61,787 bases of DNA from assembly GCF_000372725.1 (NCBI RefSeq), contig NW_005201732.1, positions 372,001 through 433,787 on the forward strand, read 5' to 3'. Numbering within the stretch: the stretch's first letter is position 1; every line of letters begins with the position of its first letter. The position numbers were made by a program, and so were the translations under genes. Below the pieces are notes generated by a model. That model was given only the letters and a program-made list of their open reading frames with translations, was not told the DNA's origin and did no database searches. Shown in pieces: positions 11,025-23,920 of this stretch. The DNA is from Emiliania huxleyi CCMP1516. Taxonomy: Eukaryota.

Positions 11025-12580
11025 ATGTCAGCCTCGGCGACGACTCGATTCGGCATGCTCCACGGCACTGCCCTCGGCGAGGGCAGTGTTAGCGTTCACC
11101 AGTACCTCGGTGTCCCATTTGCGGAGCCTCCGCGCCGCTTTGCGGATCCCATCGACTGGTCGGCGCCATTCGAGGGCGGCGTGCGCCTGGCGATGCGGCC
11201 CGGCAGCGTCTGCGTGCAGCCTACCGTCACAGCCGGCGACGGCTTTCAAGGCTCGGAGGACTGCCTCTTTCTCAACGTCTGGGCTCCGGCGCCGTCGACC
11301 GTTCCCCTCCCGGTCCTCTTCTTTGTGCACGGCGGCGACTTTCTCAGCGGGAGCGGCGGCGAGTACAACTCGAGCCGGCTGGCCGCGAGGCACAGAGTGG
11401 TGGTGGTGACCACAAACTACCGGCTCGGCGCGCTGGGCTGGGCGCGGCTCTCCGAGGGCCGCGCCAACTGGGGCCTGAAGGACCAGCGGAGCGCGCTGCG
11501 CTGGGTCCGGAGCAACATCGCCGCGTTTGGCGGCGACCCGCGCCGGCTCTGCATCTTTGGGGAGAGCGCCGGCGCCAGCTCGGTCGCGCTCCACCTCCTC
11601 TCGCCCGCCTCCCGCGGCCTGTTTAGCGCAGCGCTCATGGAGAGCGGATCGCCCATCGCCACTCCGGCCGGCGCCGCCGAGGAGCTCGCCGCGGACTTCT
11701 TTCGCCACAGCGGCTGCGGTGAGGCCCAGCGGAGGGGCGGCCAGGCCGTGCTCTCCTGCCTGCGCGCAGCGCCGATCGCACGCCTCTGGCGCGCCGCCTC
11801 CGCCGCCACTGCTCCTCCGCCGGGCGGCGGCTTCCTCGACCAGCGCACCTTCGCCTCGGTCGTCGACGGCGTCGAGGTGCCCGCGAGGCCCTTTGAGCTT
11901 GTCGCGAGCGGCGCGCTGGCTCGCGTCGCTCTCCTCGGAGGGACAAACACCGACGAGGGCTCCGGCTTTGTGCTGCCGGCCGTGAAGCGGCCGCTCTCCG
12001 CGGCTGCCTACACCGACTACATCTCCAAGCTTACTCTGCGCCTCGAGGTGCCGCGTGCGAACCTCTCGGACGTGCTGGCGGTGTACCCTCCTCGGCCTGC
12101 CGCCGACAACGCAAAGTTGGCCGCAGCCCTTGCCACCGACTTTCTGTTTCGGTGCGGCACGCGATGAGCTCTCGGGGCAACCGCGCCTACCTCTACCGCT
12201 TCGACCAGCGGGCGAGGGACGACACCTCCGAGCCGGTGGATTGGGGCGTCACGCACGGCAGCGAGGTTCCATTCGTCTTCGAGCGGGGCAGCTGGATCGA
12301 CAGCGGAAACACGAGCTTCACGCCCGCCGAGCGCTTGCTCTCCGTCGCGATCGGCGGCATGTGGGCCGCGTTTGCCTCGCGCGCACAGCCGCTGCCGCCA
12401 GCAGCGTGGCCCGCCTACCGAAACGGGTCTGAGGCGCAGCTGGTGCTCTCGATCCGAGAGGATGCCACGGCGCCACCCCCCTTTCGGGTGGAGGTGCCGC
12501 CTCGGGCGCGAGAGTGCGACTTCTGGGAGCGGCTGCAGGCGCTAGTGCGAGACAAGGCGCAGAGGGTCGCGGCGTCGTGA
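11025..12580 (+). CDS. Type-B carboxylesterase (cholinesterase-like), frameshifted near 12160
   Basis: YLGVPFAEPP, SEDCLFLNVW, HGGDF, NYRLG, FGESAG nucleophile motif and NTDEG; the C-terminal part with GVTHGSEVPFVF is in another frame (12152-12580). Confidence 0.9.
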
Positions 12581-12769
12581 CGCGATCTTGACCTCGGCGA
12601 CGGCGAGGCCTCGGAAGTGGGCCATGACGGCGCTGCTGGTGGCGCCGACGCTGAGGGTCGGGTCGGGGCAGCCCGCCACCGGCTCCAGCCCTTGCTCCTG
12701 CGCCAGCGGGTCGGAGAGCAGCGAGGCGGTGTCGAAGACCATCTGGTCTTCTCCAGCCTCTGTCAGCCA

Positions 12770-13450
12770 AAGATGAAGCCCATCACATTCGACCCACGAG
12801 ATTGGCAACCTCGCGAGGCGAGATAAGAGGGCTCCCGCGGCGATCAACACCGCAACTCCTTTTCTAAATTTCACCAACGCAAGGCGCACCTTTTTGTTTT
12901 GAAGACCTCGATACTTAGCGCACTGCTCGGGCGAGAGCTCAAACACGTGCCGCGTCTCGTCTTCGCCGCCGGCTACGCGCACAGACACAGTACGCGGCAG
13001 CGCCGACACGTCAACCCGCGTGTACGTCAGCGACGGGTCGCGCACGCCGCACGAGGCGCATGCGTGCAGCGGCAGCGCGTGCGCCATGCGCTCGTCGCTC
13101 CACTCGCCCAGCAGCCGCCGCTTCGTCTCGTCGGAGACGTGCACGCAGCGCTGCAGCAGCGCCGCCGTCTCGTCCTCGGGCCGCTCCAGGTCCATGACGA
13201 CGTTCGTCGAGGCGTGGAAGCGCGTCTCCAGGTCGATGGCCGCCTGCTCGGCCGCGGCGAGCTTGCCCTGGTCGACGCACATGCCGCACACCGCGTGCGC
13301 CGTGGCCGCGTTGTGGGCGCACGGTCTTGGCGACCGCCGGCGCTGCGCGCCGGTCGTGCTGCTCACGCTGCCGGCGGCGCTGGTCGCGCGCCTGCCGATC
13401 GCGCGTGTTCGCGGCGGCTGCATCTCCTGCTCGTTTCGCTCGCACCCGAG
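12770..13450 (-). mobile_element. Possible Helitron-like N-terminal remnant
   Basis: R/Q-rich segment followed by LHACASCGVRD...ISWVECDGLHL; recalled similarity to the Cys-rich region upstream of Rep in protist Helitron-like proteins; no Rep or helicase motifs seen. Confidence 0.3.
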
Positions 13451-15779
13451 CGGCGGTCGCCAGGCGCTTCAGGTCGGCGGTGCTGCGCGCGCGGCCGTCG
13501 GCTCTGCACAGCCACATGTCCTCCTCCTCGGCAGGCTCGCACGGCTTGCCGTCGAACTGCGGCGGGAACCCGCGACGACGCTTCGCCCAGGCCGGGCACG
13601 ATGGTGCCGCGACGAGCGGCGTCGAGGCGACGGCCATCGATGGGTCCAGAAGACTTGGAGACACTTCTAAACCAAAAGCGAGCACAAGTGCGTTACATGG
13701 GCATGGCCGGCGTTTCTGCACCGAACGATCTTACTTTCGGTCTATCGAAAGTGTTGATCGATAACTTCGAAAGCTTCGATCACAAATCGAAGCTGTTGAG
13801 GGCGCTGTTAGGCGAGGCGCCAGCGTTGCGCGGCGGTCCCCCCCCCCCCCGTTATGGTTCGGGCTAGCGAGAGGGTGCGGTGTGTAGTGCGGTTCGGATA
13901 TCTTCACAAGAGCTTTTTGTTCTATGGTTAGGGGGTAGACAGCGTCCTAATCTAAAATCTGAGGATTCAGGATTGAGGGCTTGCTTCAGTGAGGCCAAAG
14001 TGAGTCCATGGATGGGTGAGAACGGTGCGCGACACGAGGAGTCACGCGGACCGACTCGTCGGTGACTCTGCTGCACGCCGTTTCAGAATTTTTCTCAGCG
14101 TGACCGAGACGTGGAAGAGTGCCACCGTCGGGTAGGACGGGTCGGCCCGGAGCATCAGAGTAGCCGTCGTGGTCGCGGCGAGCAGCGCCGGCCACTCCGG
14201 CGCCGCGTCGGCAACGTGGGAGCATGTCCACCGCCACTTCGCGGTCGCAGCGCTGTTGTCACCAGAAACGCCGCTATGTACCTTTTCGGGCAAACCATCG
14301 ATCTGTATGTCGATTTCGACTTGACGGCGGCATGGAGGCATCATGTCTCCATGCCGCCGTCAAGTTGGAGCCAGTCTGCGGCGACCACAGCGCTCAGAAA
14401 GGTACATAGCGAGCTTTTCAGAGTCAAGCGATTGCGCGAAATCCCACACTGGTGGATTTTGGTGCTTTGTCTACCCCCTACTATGGTGAGTAACGTGGAT
14501 ATCGTGGTGCAGGAGAAAGTCTTATTAATATATTCAGAAAGTCGAGAAAGACGGAAAGAGTCGAGAAGAATGCTCACAAAACCACGCGCACAGTAGTCTC
14601 TCCATGTCGCTCCCGCGCGGCGCCCCGCGCGCCCCCCCCCCCGGCCCCCGCCGCCTCTCGCGCCCAACGCCCCCCACCCGCAAAGCTCGCGTAGAGAGCT
14701 CAGCGGTCTCTCTTTCGCTACGTGTTCAACGACGTTGAACAGTGTTTGACCACGGCGCTGTTCACAGCGCGCGCGGACGGCAGTTCTGCGAGTCCCGCTC
14801 CGCAGGACTTTTGTAAAGCATGCTTGTGGCAAGTTACAGACGCTAGTATCGACCTCAGAGACCCAAACACGAATTAATAATTAAGGCTCAAAGTATGGTC
14901 AAACAAACAGGTCAAACAACGAAAAGAGACTAGTGCGACCGCTAGACGGCGGTCTCCGCCAAAGTAGAGCTCGAGCAAGATGTTCAGCCGCCCGCACGTC
15001 GTCCCCCGCACGCTGCCGGATCCAATATTGGTTGGGGACCCGTAGCATCATGCCCTTGGCCCGCGTGCGAGGCAATAATCCGACGTCCTGCTGGGGTGCC
15101 GGCCCGAAGCATGTACCGCCATACCGAGCTGTATGCACTGTATGCGGCCCTGGGATGACACGTCTCATAGCGCCGAGTGCCGCTGGCGTGCGACATCGGC
15201 GGAGCAACGTGCTGAGCACATCGGGAGAAACCCAGAAAGGCCCTCTCGAGTAGTCGCGGCGCGCCCGTCGCGGCCCGGCGCCAGGTGCGCTCCGCCTCGG
15301 ACGGCTCCAACGAGCTCGTCTAGCCGCCGCCCCTCCAAGAGGCTGATTCGCTGCTGATTCGCCACCGCTGTGACCCGCTTGTCGCCCGTGCCTGCCATGC
15401 TCGTGAATTGTCGTCCCTCCCTCTCCTCTGAGGCCAGCATACTCGCCCATCGCTGCACATGTGTGGCTTGGGGCGCTGAGACAGCGCCCGCGGCTCTCAC
15501 ATAGCGGCGTCCGCACCGTGCCCGATCTCCCAAACCCTCGCGCCCGCCGTCGATTTGCGGCTGAGGCGAAGGCTGGGGAGCGGTCGTATCCGGCGGTCTG
15601 AAAAATGTTTTGTTTTGTTTCGCGATTTCTTTTGTGCCTGCGATTTCTTTGCGAACTTCCTGGCGAGCACGCCTGCTTTTCGCTGCGCATGCCCGAGCCC
15701 TCGGGCGAGGGCTTGTGCTGTGAATAGCAGGCGTGGCTCTACTCGCCAGGCAGGCGAACTTCGCCTCTTACACTCCTCG

Positions 15780-16397
15780 ATGCCAGGAGCGCTCGAGCTA
15801 CTCGGCGCAGCAGTGACGGGCCTCGGGTTCGACGAGCTGCGCGACCGCATCGACGCGGAACCAGACGACACCCTTCGAGAGGCGGTGCTCGAGTTGCAGG
15901 CGCAGATAGCGCAAGACGTTGACGCCGCTCGCCGACGGCTCGTTGAGCAGCCGGCACTCGCGATGGCGGTACGCCGGCCGCACCTCGCAGACAGGGCTTC
16001 CCTGCCCACCACCCTCATGCCCCTCCTCTGCTAGCAGGTGCTTCGAGCCCAGATCCGGCTCGGCCTCAACTTGGCGCAGAGCATCCGCGACGCTGGGCCG
16101 GCCCTGCAGGCGCAGCTGGCCGCAGCGCCGCATCCCGGACAGCAGCAGCCGACGCCTCACCAGCCGACGCCGACACCCTCTGCACCGCCCGCGCCTGTGC
16201 CTGTGCCTGCGCCTGCGCCTGCGCCGCCGCCGTCGCAACCGCCACAGCCTCCACGACCTGATGCGGCGGCGGCGGCCGCCGCCGCCGCGCAGCGCGAGTC
16301 GTTGTTAGCTCAGCTGAAGCTTATCTCGCCAGAGCAGATGGCGGCGCTGCCTGCGGAGCAGCGGGCGCAGGTGGAGGCGCTGCTCAGGGCGCAGTAG
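15780..16397 (+). CDS. CstF-64/Rna15-like protein (hinge + C-terminal domain, no RRM), 2 exons
   Basis: Intron 15969-16034/16037 (GT...TAGCAG). LREAVLELQAQIAQDVDAARRRLVEQPALAMAVLRAQIRLGL resembles the CSTF2 hinge; ESLLAQLKLISPEQMAALPAEQRAQVEALL resembles CSTF_C. Confidence 0.75.
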
Positions 16398-18354
16398 ACG
16401 TGCGTGGCCAGAGGAGCTGAGCAGCAGACCAACAGCAGAGTCGCGAGAGTGACTGTCATAGTGTGCGTGGTGGTACTTGCGTATCCTTCAAATACCCTCT
16501 TCACGGTGTCTAGCATCTATCCGAGCGAAGTGTCAACGTAACGATAGGGTCCTGCGGTACGTAGACAATCTACCTCCCATCCAACCGCCCACCGAAACCC
16601 CCCCCGAGCCCCGTGTGTGTGAATGAATGGAGATGTTGGATCGTCGTTTTCGTCTCCGTAGACCGTACGCGGGAGGTATACACTCGCTGGGTTTAGCGTT
16701 GCGTTCTCTCAGCGTGGTCTATGGTTTGCTAGACCCATGAGACCAGCCACGCCCCGCCCTCGGGCGCCTCCAGCGCCGCCCTCAGCCACGCCGCCACGAC
16801 CGACGGAGACGTCAACTCCGCAGTCACACAGATACGCACATGGGGTATCAAAAATTAGATATTCTTATCTGTTTGCCCCCCTCCGAGACTAGGGACAGTC
16901 ACCATCCGTACACAGGAGAGATGGGAGTGCGCCTCGCCCCCGCTTGCCCTGACTGCACAGGATAGCGTGCCCCGATAACGGCGACACATAGCGGGGGACA
17001 CTGCGCAAGGAGGGGGTGCGTCGACTTTCTTTTGTCCTCTCGGGGGAATGTTCTCTCGGCGCCCATGGCCTTCTGAGGTTTCGTACTAATGATGTCCTTC
17101 TTGGCACTTCGGGCGTCGGTGTGTGCGTATCTGTGTCTACTTCCTCCGGTATGCTATATAGGTTTCCCGAGCTGAGACCTCCTTTCAATCGCAGCGTCTC
17201 TTGATGGATGCCTTCCCGCTGGCGGGAGTTCCCCAGTTCGAAACCTGCTCGACCCTTATAATTTTTGTTCACACCTGAGCGGGCTCAATTTTGCTCAGAT
17301 GCTCCTACGTGCTACGAATTCGAAATCGTGTCCTCACGCTTAGCGCTTGGAGTGTGTTCGTTTTTCGTCACGGGTATCAGTCACACATGGTATCAGAGCT
17401 CTGGTCGCGGCCCAGCACCAGCCCCAACACGCCAATCCACCCGCAGGCTCAACGCCTGCCATGCGGCCGCCGCCACCACGCACCAGTTCTGCGGCCGCCA
17501 CCGCAGCAGCTGTGGACGAAGCCTCCGGCGAAGGCTATGGGCGGGTATGCGTATGTGGCCGCCGCCGCGCCGCCGCGCGCCAGGGCGGGCGGCCGGGGGC
17601 CGGGGGGGACTGCAAACTCCCTCGGGTGCGCATGTCCCCCCCACCTGCAGGTCGCACACGACACTGTGTCACAAATCAATGCATGCACAACAACAACATG
17701 TACATGTGTGTGTCTCGCGCCTTGGCCCTTGGGGGGGGGGGGGGGTGAGCGGAAAGGAGGAACCTCTTGAGATCCCAAGAGCACCACTCTTGGAGTAGCA
17801 CCACCCAGAGCGCTGCAAGCAGCGCCGGGCCATGACGGCTTACCCTACACATATCAAACAATGAGTGCTATAGAGAGTTGTTTGGTATATTGCTGAAATC
17901 TCTCTCACCCACATATCAACACACAAAATCTTTGTCAAGCGCAAAACTTCAACCTGCTGCTCCACGAGACGTTCGGGGGCGGCTTCTCGCCCACCGCCGT
18001 TCTCAAGCTGCGCGCGAGGCGGCGCAGCTGCGCCGCCTCGCGCGCAACGAGTCGCGCGCGGGGCAGCGTTGACCGCACGGCCTACTCGCCCAAGTACTCG
18101 CGCTCTCTTTTATGTCCCACCATGCAGAGCGCATCTCTCTCTCTGACTCTGTTGTGCGAGGCGTGAAGAACATAAGAAACGCGCCATTCGCTCTCACTTG
18201 GCAACCCTGATTGCACGCGCGGTCTCGCGCGCGCCCGCGCGTGAACAGGGCAACTCCCTTGAAGATATGTTTTCCACGAAGCTTGAAAGAGAAGTTCACT
18301 CGAAGCTTTAACTGCCGGGGCTCCAGGCTGCCCCAATGATCTGCAAATGATGTG

Positions 18355-19113
18355 TGAGAGAGATTTTAGAAAATCAACAAGAGCAATCACGACTCTCACA
18401 GTGATTTGGGCTCGGCAGCTTGTCAGCCCTCAGCCGAAGCTGGGGCCGGTCCCGTAGCCGAGAGAGCCCGCGCCGTTGAGTTCGACGCGGTCAGGGGGCC
18501 TTGCGGAGAGGCCAGCGAGATGGCGATCGCTGTACTTCATGGCGCCCTCAAAGTGGGGCTGGCTGACAAGCCAGAGGTCGATACTCTGGACGACCCATAG
18601 GATGCCACGAATGCCTGAAGGAGAGGGAGGCGAGGCCAGAGGCAGACTCAGCTGCTCTCGGCTGATCTCGCTTTGCCTTTGGTGGCTGAAGGACCCGATG
18701 GTCCTGTCACATTCGCGTTCCGAGTCGTGGGGGTAGAAGAATTCGAGGTAGAATCGAGTCAGCGCTTCCTTGTAGTACAGCGGACCGCCAGGCTCGCCGG
18801 CAGCATCCGCAGGGAGGCAGCATATGAGGCACCAGTCTTCTGGAGAGCTCAACAGCTGCAGCCGCGATGGCAGAGTCGGCCGCGGTTCGAGCGAGCAGCT
18901 TTTGGCTGCGGGATCGAATCGCGGAAGGCTCATGCCCTCGCGGAGCGACGCGGGTCGCGCGCGGCGCGCGCGTGTGCGAATTGCGACAACAGTTGACAGA
19001 CGACAGCCGCCTGAGCGCTGTCCGCTGAGCGACTGAACGACCGTCGCCGCAATCGACACCGCTGCCATTTTGACGAGCAGCGCGAGCGCGCTCGTCGGCG
19101 GCCAGCCGTCGCG
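18355..19113 (+). repeat. Dispersed repeat family A, copy 2
   Basis: Close match to 3694-4437. Confidence 0.9.
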
Positions 19114-19406
19114 GGCCGGGCCGAGCCCGGCCTCAACCGGCCGCGCCGCCGCCGCAGGCCCGGAGGCCCACATGGCGGCCGACCAGCTGATAAGGAGGCC
19201 TCTCTCCTTCTTGAGGTGTTAGAGTTGTTGGTATTGCGAAAAATCTGTATATCTCTCTCACATATCGCCCCGGGCAAGGCCAAGGAGAGGGGCGACTCAT
19301 TCACCCTTTAGGTGTTCATGCCGCCGCACACAGCGGGTCCCCAAAGGGTGAAGGCCTTCCCTGGGACCCCGTGTTGCGTGATTGTCTCTGTGCGATTTTC
19401 GGGCCC

Positions 19407-19510
19407 GGGAGCATTTGGAGCACTTGGAGTGCAACAAAACATCATCTGGAGTGCCGTCATTAACCGCACATCCAGGGCCGGGGAGCTAAGAAGCGCACCC
19501 AGCGGGCCCG
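19407..19510 (-). repeat. Repeat family B fragment (inverted)
   Basis: ggagctaagaagcgcacccagcgggcc and ggagcacttggagt are reverse complements of motifs at 5990-6016 and 27110-27190. Confidence 0.7.
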
Positions 19511-20098
19511 GGGTAGCGGGGTTGTGCGTTCCTGTGCCGGGGTTGTGCGTTTGGGATCCTTTATCACAGACCAGCGCATAGCGCCGCGGGACGTATTTTC
19601 TTCTCGTATTTTTTTCTCATTACAAGGCTGGGTTCGACGTTTTTGGCTGGTAAGGTATGGTAGGGTCACGGATCTGGCGCCGCGACCATACCCCCCCACC
19701 CGCGCAGGACATGGCCTCTGGCCGGCAGGACCATACCCCCCCTCCCCCCCGGTCGTCTGGTCGAACGCTCCCGGATCGAGCTGACCGCGGCGCCAGCAGA
19801 CCTTAATGTTCAGGAAAGGGACTTCTCAGGCTCATAGTAGGTCGTCACTGTCATAGATGGGCCAGATAGTGCCAGGATGCGTCCCGCTCGCCCACAAAAC
19901 GTGCCGAAAGCGTTGCCGGTGTGGTGCAGACCAGCAGCATGACCATACCCCTGGAGAGGGCCGCCAGCCTGACCATACCCCCCCACCCCTCGAGGAGGCC
20001 GCCTCCGGCGGCCAGGACCATACCCCCCACCCTTTGGCCGTGACGATGCATGTGATTCCTACCACCAAAAATGTCGAACCCTGTGAGGCTGTGCAAGC

Positions 20099-21928
20099 AT
20101 GGACGACGACGCTCACTTCGTCCGAGCCTTCTCCCGGATCTTCCTCGCCGGTGGACGCGCTGACCACGGCGACAGCGCGCTGGTGTCACACTTGCTCTCC
20201 CCGGGTAGCTTCTTTGCGCCCGGCCAGGCGCCGGTCGGCCTCACGCCGCAAGCTGCTGCACCGACCCAGCCTCCCCGGCCGAGCACCGTGAGAGCGAACG
20301 GCGCCGTCTCGAGCGGGCCGCTCCACAGCTCTGACGCGTACGCCTTCTGGTGGTGGCAGCAGCAGGGGTCTGCAGCGCCACCCGCCTCTCCCGCCAACGC
20401 CAACGCCAGCTGTGGTACCGGCGACCAGCAGAGCGGCATTAGGAAGACCGCGACCGCAACCGCGGCCGGCACGGCAGCGGGCTCAATCCGGGAGCAATCT
20501 GCACCGGCTCGAACGCTGCCACCCGCCGCTCGTCAGGCGCGCAAGGCTCCACCTCCCGTCTCGCCCGCGGCCGCAGCGCGGCTGCCGTCGGGTGCCTTGG
20601 AGGGCGAGCTTCCGCGTGGGGCGCGCGACGCTGCGCAAGAGTCGCCGGCGCCGCGGCGGCGCACGCGGCCCCGAGCGGGGGAGGGGCGGCCAGCTGCCTC
20701 TCCGTGCGAGGCTGAGCCTGCCGTCAAGGCGGAGGGCGGCGCCGGGGCGGTGGCGATGGGCGGCGCTGCTGCGGCCCCGCCGGCTGCCGAGAGCCGCATC
20801 GCGCCCAAGACGCCGTCGCGGCCGCCCGCTTCCCCTCCTCCCGCGCCCGCCGCCCCGCCCTCCCCGCTCGCCCCCTCCTCCCCGCCCGCCCCGCTCTCGC
20901 GCGGCGACGGCGTCGAGTTGGTGTGCGGTCCGCGCGGCGGGGAGAGGGGCAGCGTGGTCCGGGTCGACGAGGACGGCGATGTGTACGTCCGCCTCTCCGA
21001 CGGGAGCCGGCAGGTCTGCGGGGCGGCGGAGCTGCGGAGACGCGACGCACCGCCCGCCGACGGTGCTACGGAGGCGGCGCTCGCGGCGGCCAAGGCAAAG
21101 GCGGTGGCGGCGCTCGAGGCGGCGGCGGGCGCGGCGGCGGGGGGGAGCGGCGGCGGGGGCGGCGAGGCGGGCCGGGGCNNNNNNNNNNNNNNNNNNNNNN
21201 NNNNNNNNNNNNNNNNNNNNNNNNNNNNNNNNNNNNNNNNNNNNNNNNNNNNNNNNNNNNNNNNNNNNNNNNNNNNNNCGGGCGCCGCGCCGCGCGCTGC
21301 AGAGGCGGCGGGCGGCACCGCCCTGGTCGTGCCGGCTGCCGCCCTCGCCCCGCTGCTCGTGAGTCGAGACGCCGCGGTCGCCGCCGCTTGCGAGGAGGGG
21401 GCTAGTGAGGAGGGGGCTGGTGCCGGCGCCGGGGGATGGCGGCTGAGCCGTCTGCTGCGCAGCGACTTCCCGCCGACTCCCAGCGACGGCCCGCCGACTC
21501 CCAGCGACGGCGCGGCCGCCGTGCTTGCAGTGGCCGCTTGTGCGCCTGTCGCGAGCGAGGGGGTGGGCTGCATCGGCGAGGCGATCGCGGGGCTCGTGCG
21601 AGGAGTCGAGGCCGACGAGGACACCGACGAGGGCAGCGCAGGCCAGCGCGTGGTTGGGTGGGCGGTTGCGACGCCGGGGCTCGGCACTGGCCCTCCCGGC
21701 GGCCTCGTGGCGGACGCTTTCGCGGCGGCGCCCGCCGCCGCGCCCCCGCTCGAGCCCGACGCCGCGCGCGCGCTCGTTGGGCGGCCGGGCGAGGCGTGGC
21801 GGTTGGTCCTCTGCCTCGACTTGCTCGCGAGCGCGCCAGGGGTGGCTCCGTCTGTGGGCGCTCACGTCTTCTGCGGGAACGGAGAGCACGGGGCGGTCTT
21901 TGCCCCCGTCGGGGTTGTGCTGGGGTAG
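20099..21928 (+). CDS. Hypothetical low-complexity protein with a KOW/SH3-like motif; spans an assembly gap
   Basis: ATG-initiated ORF; LSRGDGVELVCGPRGGERGSVVRVDEDGDVYVRLSDG resembles a KOW/SH3 barrel; frame across the gap unverified. Confidence 0.5.
   Translation: MDDDAHFVRAFSRIFLAGGRADHGDSALVSHLLSPGSFFAPGQAPVGLTPQAAAPTQPPRPSTVRANGAVSSGPLHSSDAYAFWWWQQQGSAAPPASPANANASCGTGDQQSGIRKTATATAAGTAAGSIREQSAPARTLPPAARQARKAPPPVSPAAAARLPSGALEGELPRGARDAAQESPAPRRRTRPRAGEGRPAASPCEAEPAVKAEGGAGAVAMGGAAAAPPAAESRIAPKTPSRPPASPPPAPAAPPSPLAPSSPPAPLSRGDGVELVCGPRGGERGSVVRVDEDGDVYVRLSDGSRQVCGAAELRRRDAPPADGATEAALAAAKAKAVAALEAAAGAAAGGSGGGGGEAGRGXXXXXXXXXXXXXXXXXXXXXXXXXXXXXXXXXXGAAPRAAEAAGGTALVVPAAALAPLLVSRDAAVAAACEEGASEEGAGAGAGGWRLSRLLRSDFPPTPSDGPPTPSDGAAAVLAVAACAPVASEGVGCIGEAIAGLVRGVEADEDTDEGSAGQRVVGWAVATPGLGTGPPGGLVADAFAAAPAAAPPLEPDAARALVGRPGEAWRLVLCLDLLASAPGVAPSVGAHVFCGNGEHGAVFAPVGVVLG
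21179..21278. other. Assembly gap (100 N)
   Basis: Run of N. Confidence 1.
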
Positions 21929-22367
21929 GCCACATGGTGGCGTTGTCTCCGTGTCCGCGCGCTTGGCACGTTGCATGACCACAATGCGGGACCGCGTTGT
22001 GACGCGGCGCTTCGGCGCCCGCCGCGCGCGCGTTCGGGTTCGCGGTTCGGACCGTATTCGGAACGGCGGGGAGACAGAGCTCAGTGGGTGGTCAGTGAAT
22101 CCCGCTCCGAGCCTCCCTACTTTCATTTTTGTGTGTCGTCGATCTTTTGGAAATGTGAAATACTTGGAACATGCTACATGGAAGTTGGATCTCTCCGATC
22201 ACATCGGCCCCGCGCGGCGCCCCGGCGGTGGGGGCTGTGCCTCTGAGGCACCTGACAGTGCCTGACAGAGAGTGCCCGACAGCCCGACAGATCACCTCAC
22301 TGCACCTGACAGCCTGACAGCCAGGGCTCAGGGTGGGGCGGTTGTGGGGGCTACGGAGATATCATAG

Positions 22368-23388
22368 TCAGAGTACAGCAGGCGGCGAGTGCAGCCTTGT
22401 CCGAAGAAGGTCGCACGCGGCCTGCCCTACTGACGCCGTGGTGGGAAGGCTGAGCCGCCTGGCATAGTTGTTGTTAAGGCTTCCCAGAAGCCGCACACCC
22501 ACCTTGCGACTGAGGCTTTCGAGGGACGCGAGAGCGTGCCGCTTGTCGTCCTCGGACAGGCCCCGCACACGGTCGGCTATTCGGCACGCGAGCGCCGGCG
22601 CGCACGTTTGCCACTCGTCGTACATCCGCGCCGGTATCCACGCAGACCGCTCTCCGCGTGCGGCCACTTCGATCAAGACGCCAAACAAAGCGAGCGCCGG
22701 CTCACAGAGCGGTATCCGCAGGAGGACGTCGTTGGCCAGAAGGCGCCAGCTGGTGGCAGCCTCCTCGCCCACAGCCATCAGCCAGCCCAGCAGCCCGACA
22801 AGGTCCTCGAGCATAGCTTCTCGCAAGATCAGCGAGAGTGGCCTTCTCCCCCCGCCTAGCATAGCTTCTCGCATGATAAAGCGAGAGCCGCCTTCCCCCC
22901 CCCCCGCCTCATGACACGCCCGCGCCTGCGCTGCCCGTCTCAGCTGCCGCCTCGCCCTCCGCATCCACGCCAGAGAGGGTAGTGTCGGCGAGAGCGAGCG
23001 CGTCCGCGCTCGTTTGGCACATGCGTGCGGCGAGCTCGGCGAGCTCTTCGCGCGGCAGATCGTCCAGGCGCGCGACGCGGGGCGCCGCGGTGACATGCAC
23101 CGAGCAGCGGCGGAGGAGCTTTCGAGGCTCGCACAGCAGCATCACGAAGGCTGCCTTCTTATCCGCTTCGGGCGGCAGCCGCCCCTGCACGCCGAACGCC
23201 GACAGCAGCTCCTGCCAAACGCTGCTCGTCCTGTCAATTCCATCGACTGCATCGCGCCACAACTTGCAGACGCGGCGGAGCGCAAAGAGGAGAGTGGGAG
23301 AGGCCGACACGCGCGCCACGACGGGGAGAATGTCCACATCGATGACGTCCAGAGCGAGCAGCGGCTCACGATCGGGCTCGGCGGACAT
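22368..23388 (-). CDS. Hypothetical protein with F-box-like N-terminus; intron or frameshift near 22860-22920
   Basis: DILPVVARV...LFALRRVCKLWRDAV...SVWQELL is F-box-like; a helical C-terminal part continues in ORF 22368-23096. Confidence 0.5.
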
Positions 23389-23920
23389 CAGAGGGTGAAC
23401 CAGGGCTCGACCTCACCTACCGCCAAGCAACATTTTTCTTGAGATCCCTTTACAACTGTAGCACTCGATTGGGTCGATTCCGCGTGGTACGGGACCCCTC
23501 GATCGTCTCGCCCTCCCTCGTGCAAGCCCCGCAGAGGTGCGGGCGAGAGGGCGGCCCGAGCCCGAAAGGGCCCGCCCTCGACCTTGCTCTACATGGTAAC
23601 GCTAACGGATAGAAGAGAAACTATGGACCGGGACACGCTGTGGTTCAGACGTCCCTCGCTGGTGTGTTCATTGGGGGGGGGTCATAACAAACACGGTACA
23701 GGATCGAGGTGCACGCTGCGGAAGCAGCGTCGGCCCCCCTCTCCCCGACGGCGATGGCGGTGTGACAACCGATCGAGCTACAAGAGGAATTTGCTCAGCA
23801 AGATCAGGGTGAACGGAGCAGTACCTCACTTCCTCAAGATCCCTTGCCTCGCTAAGTCTTTAGCGCCAGGTCTGACGAGCTGGGCTTGTGGCGCTCAGCT
23901 AGGTCATGCACACCCTCAGG

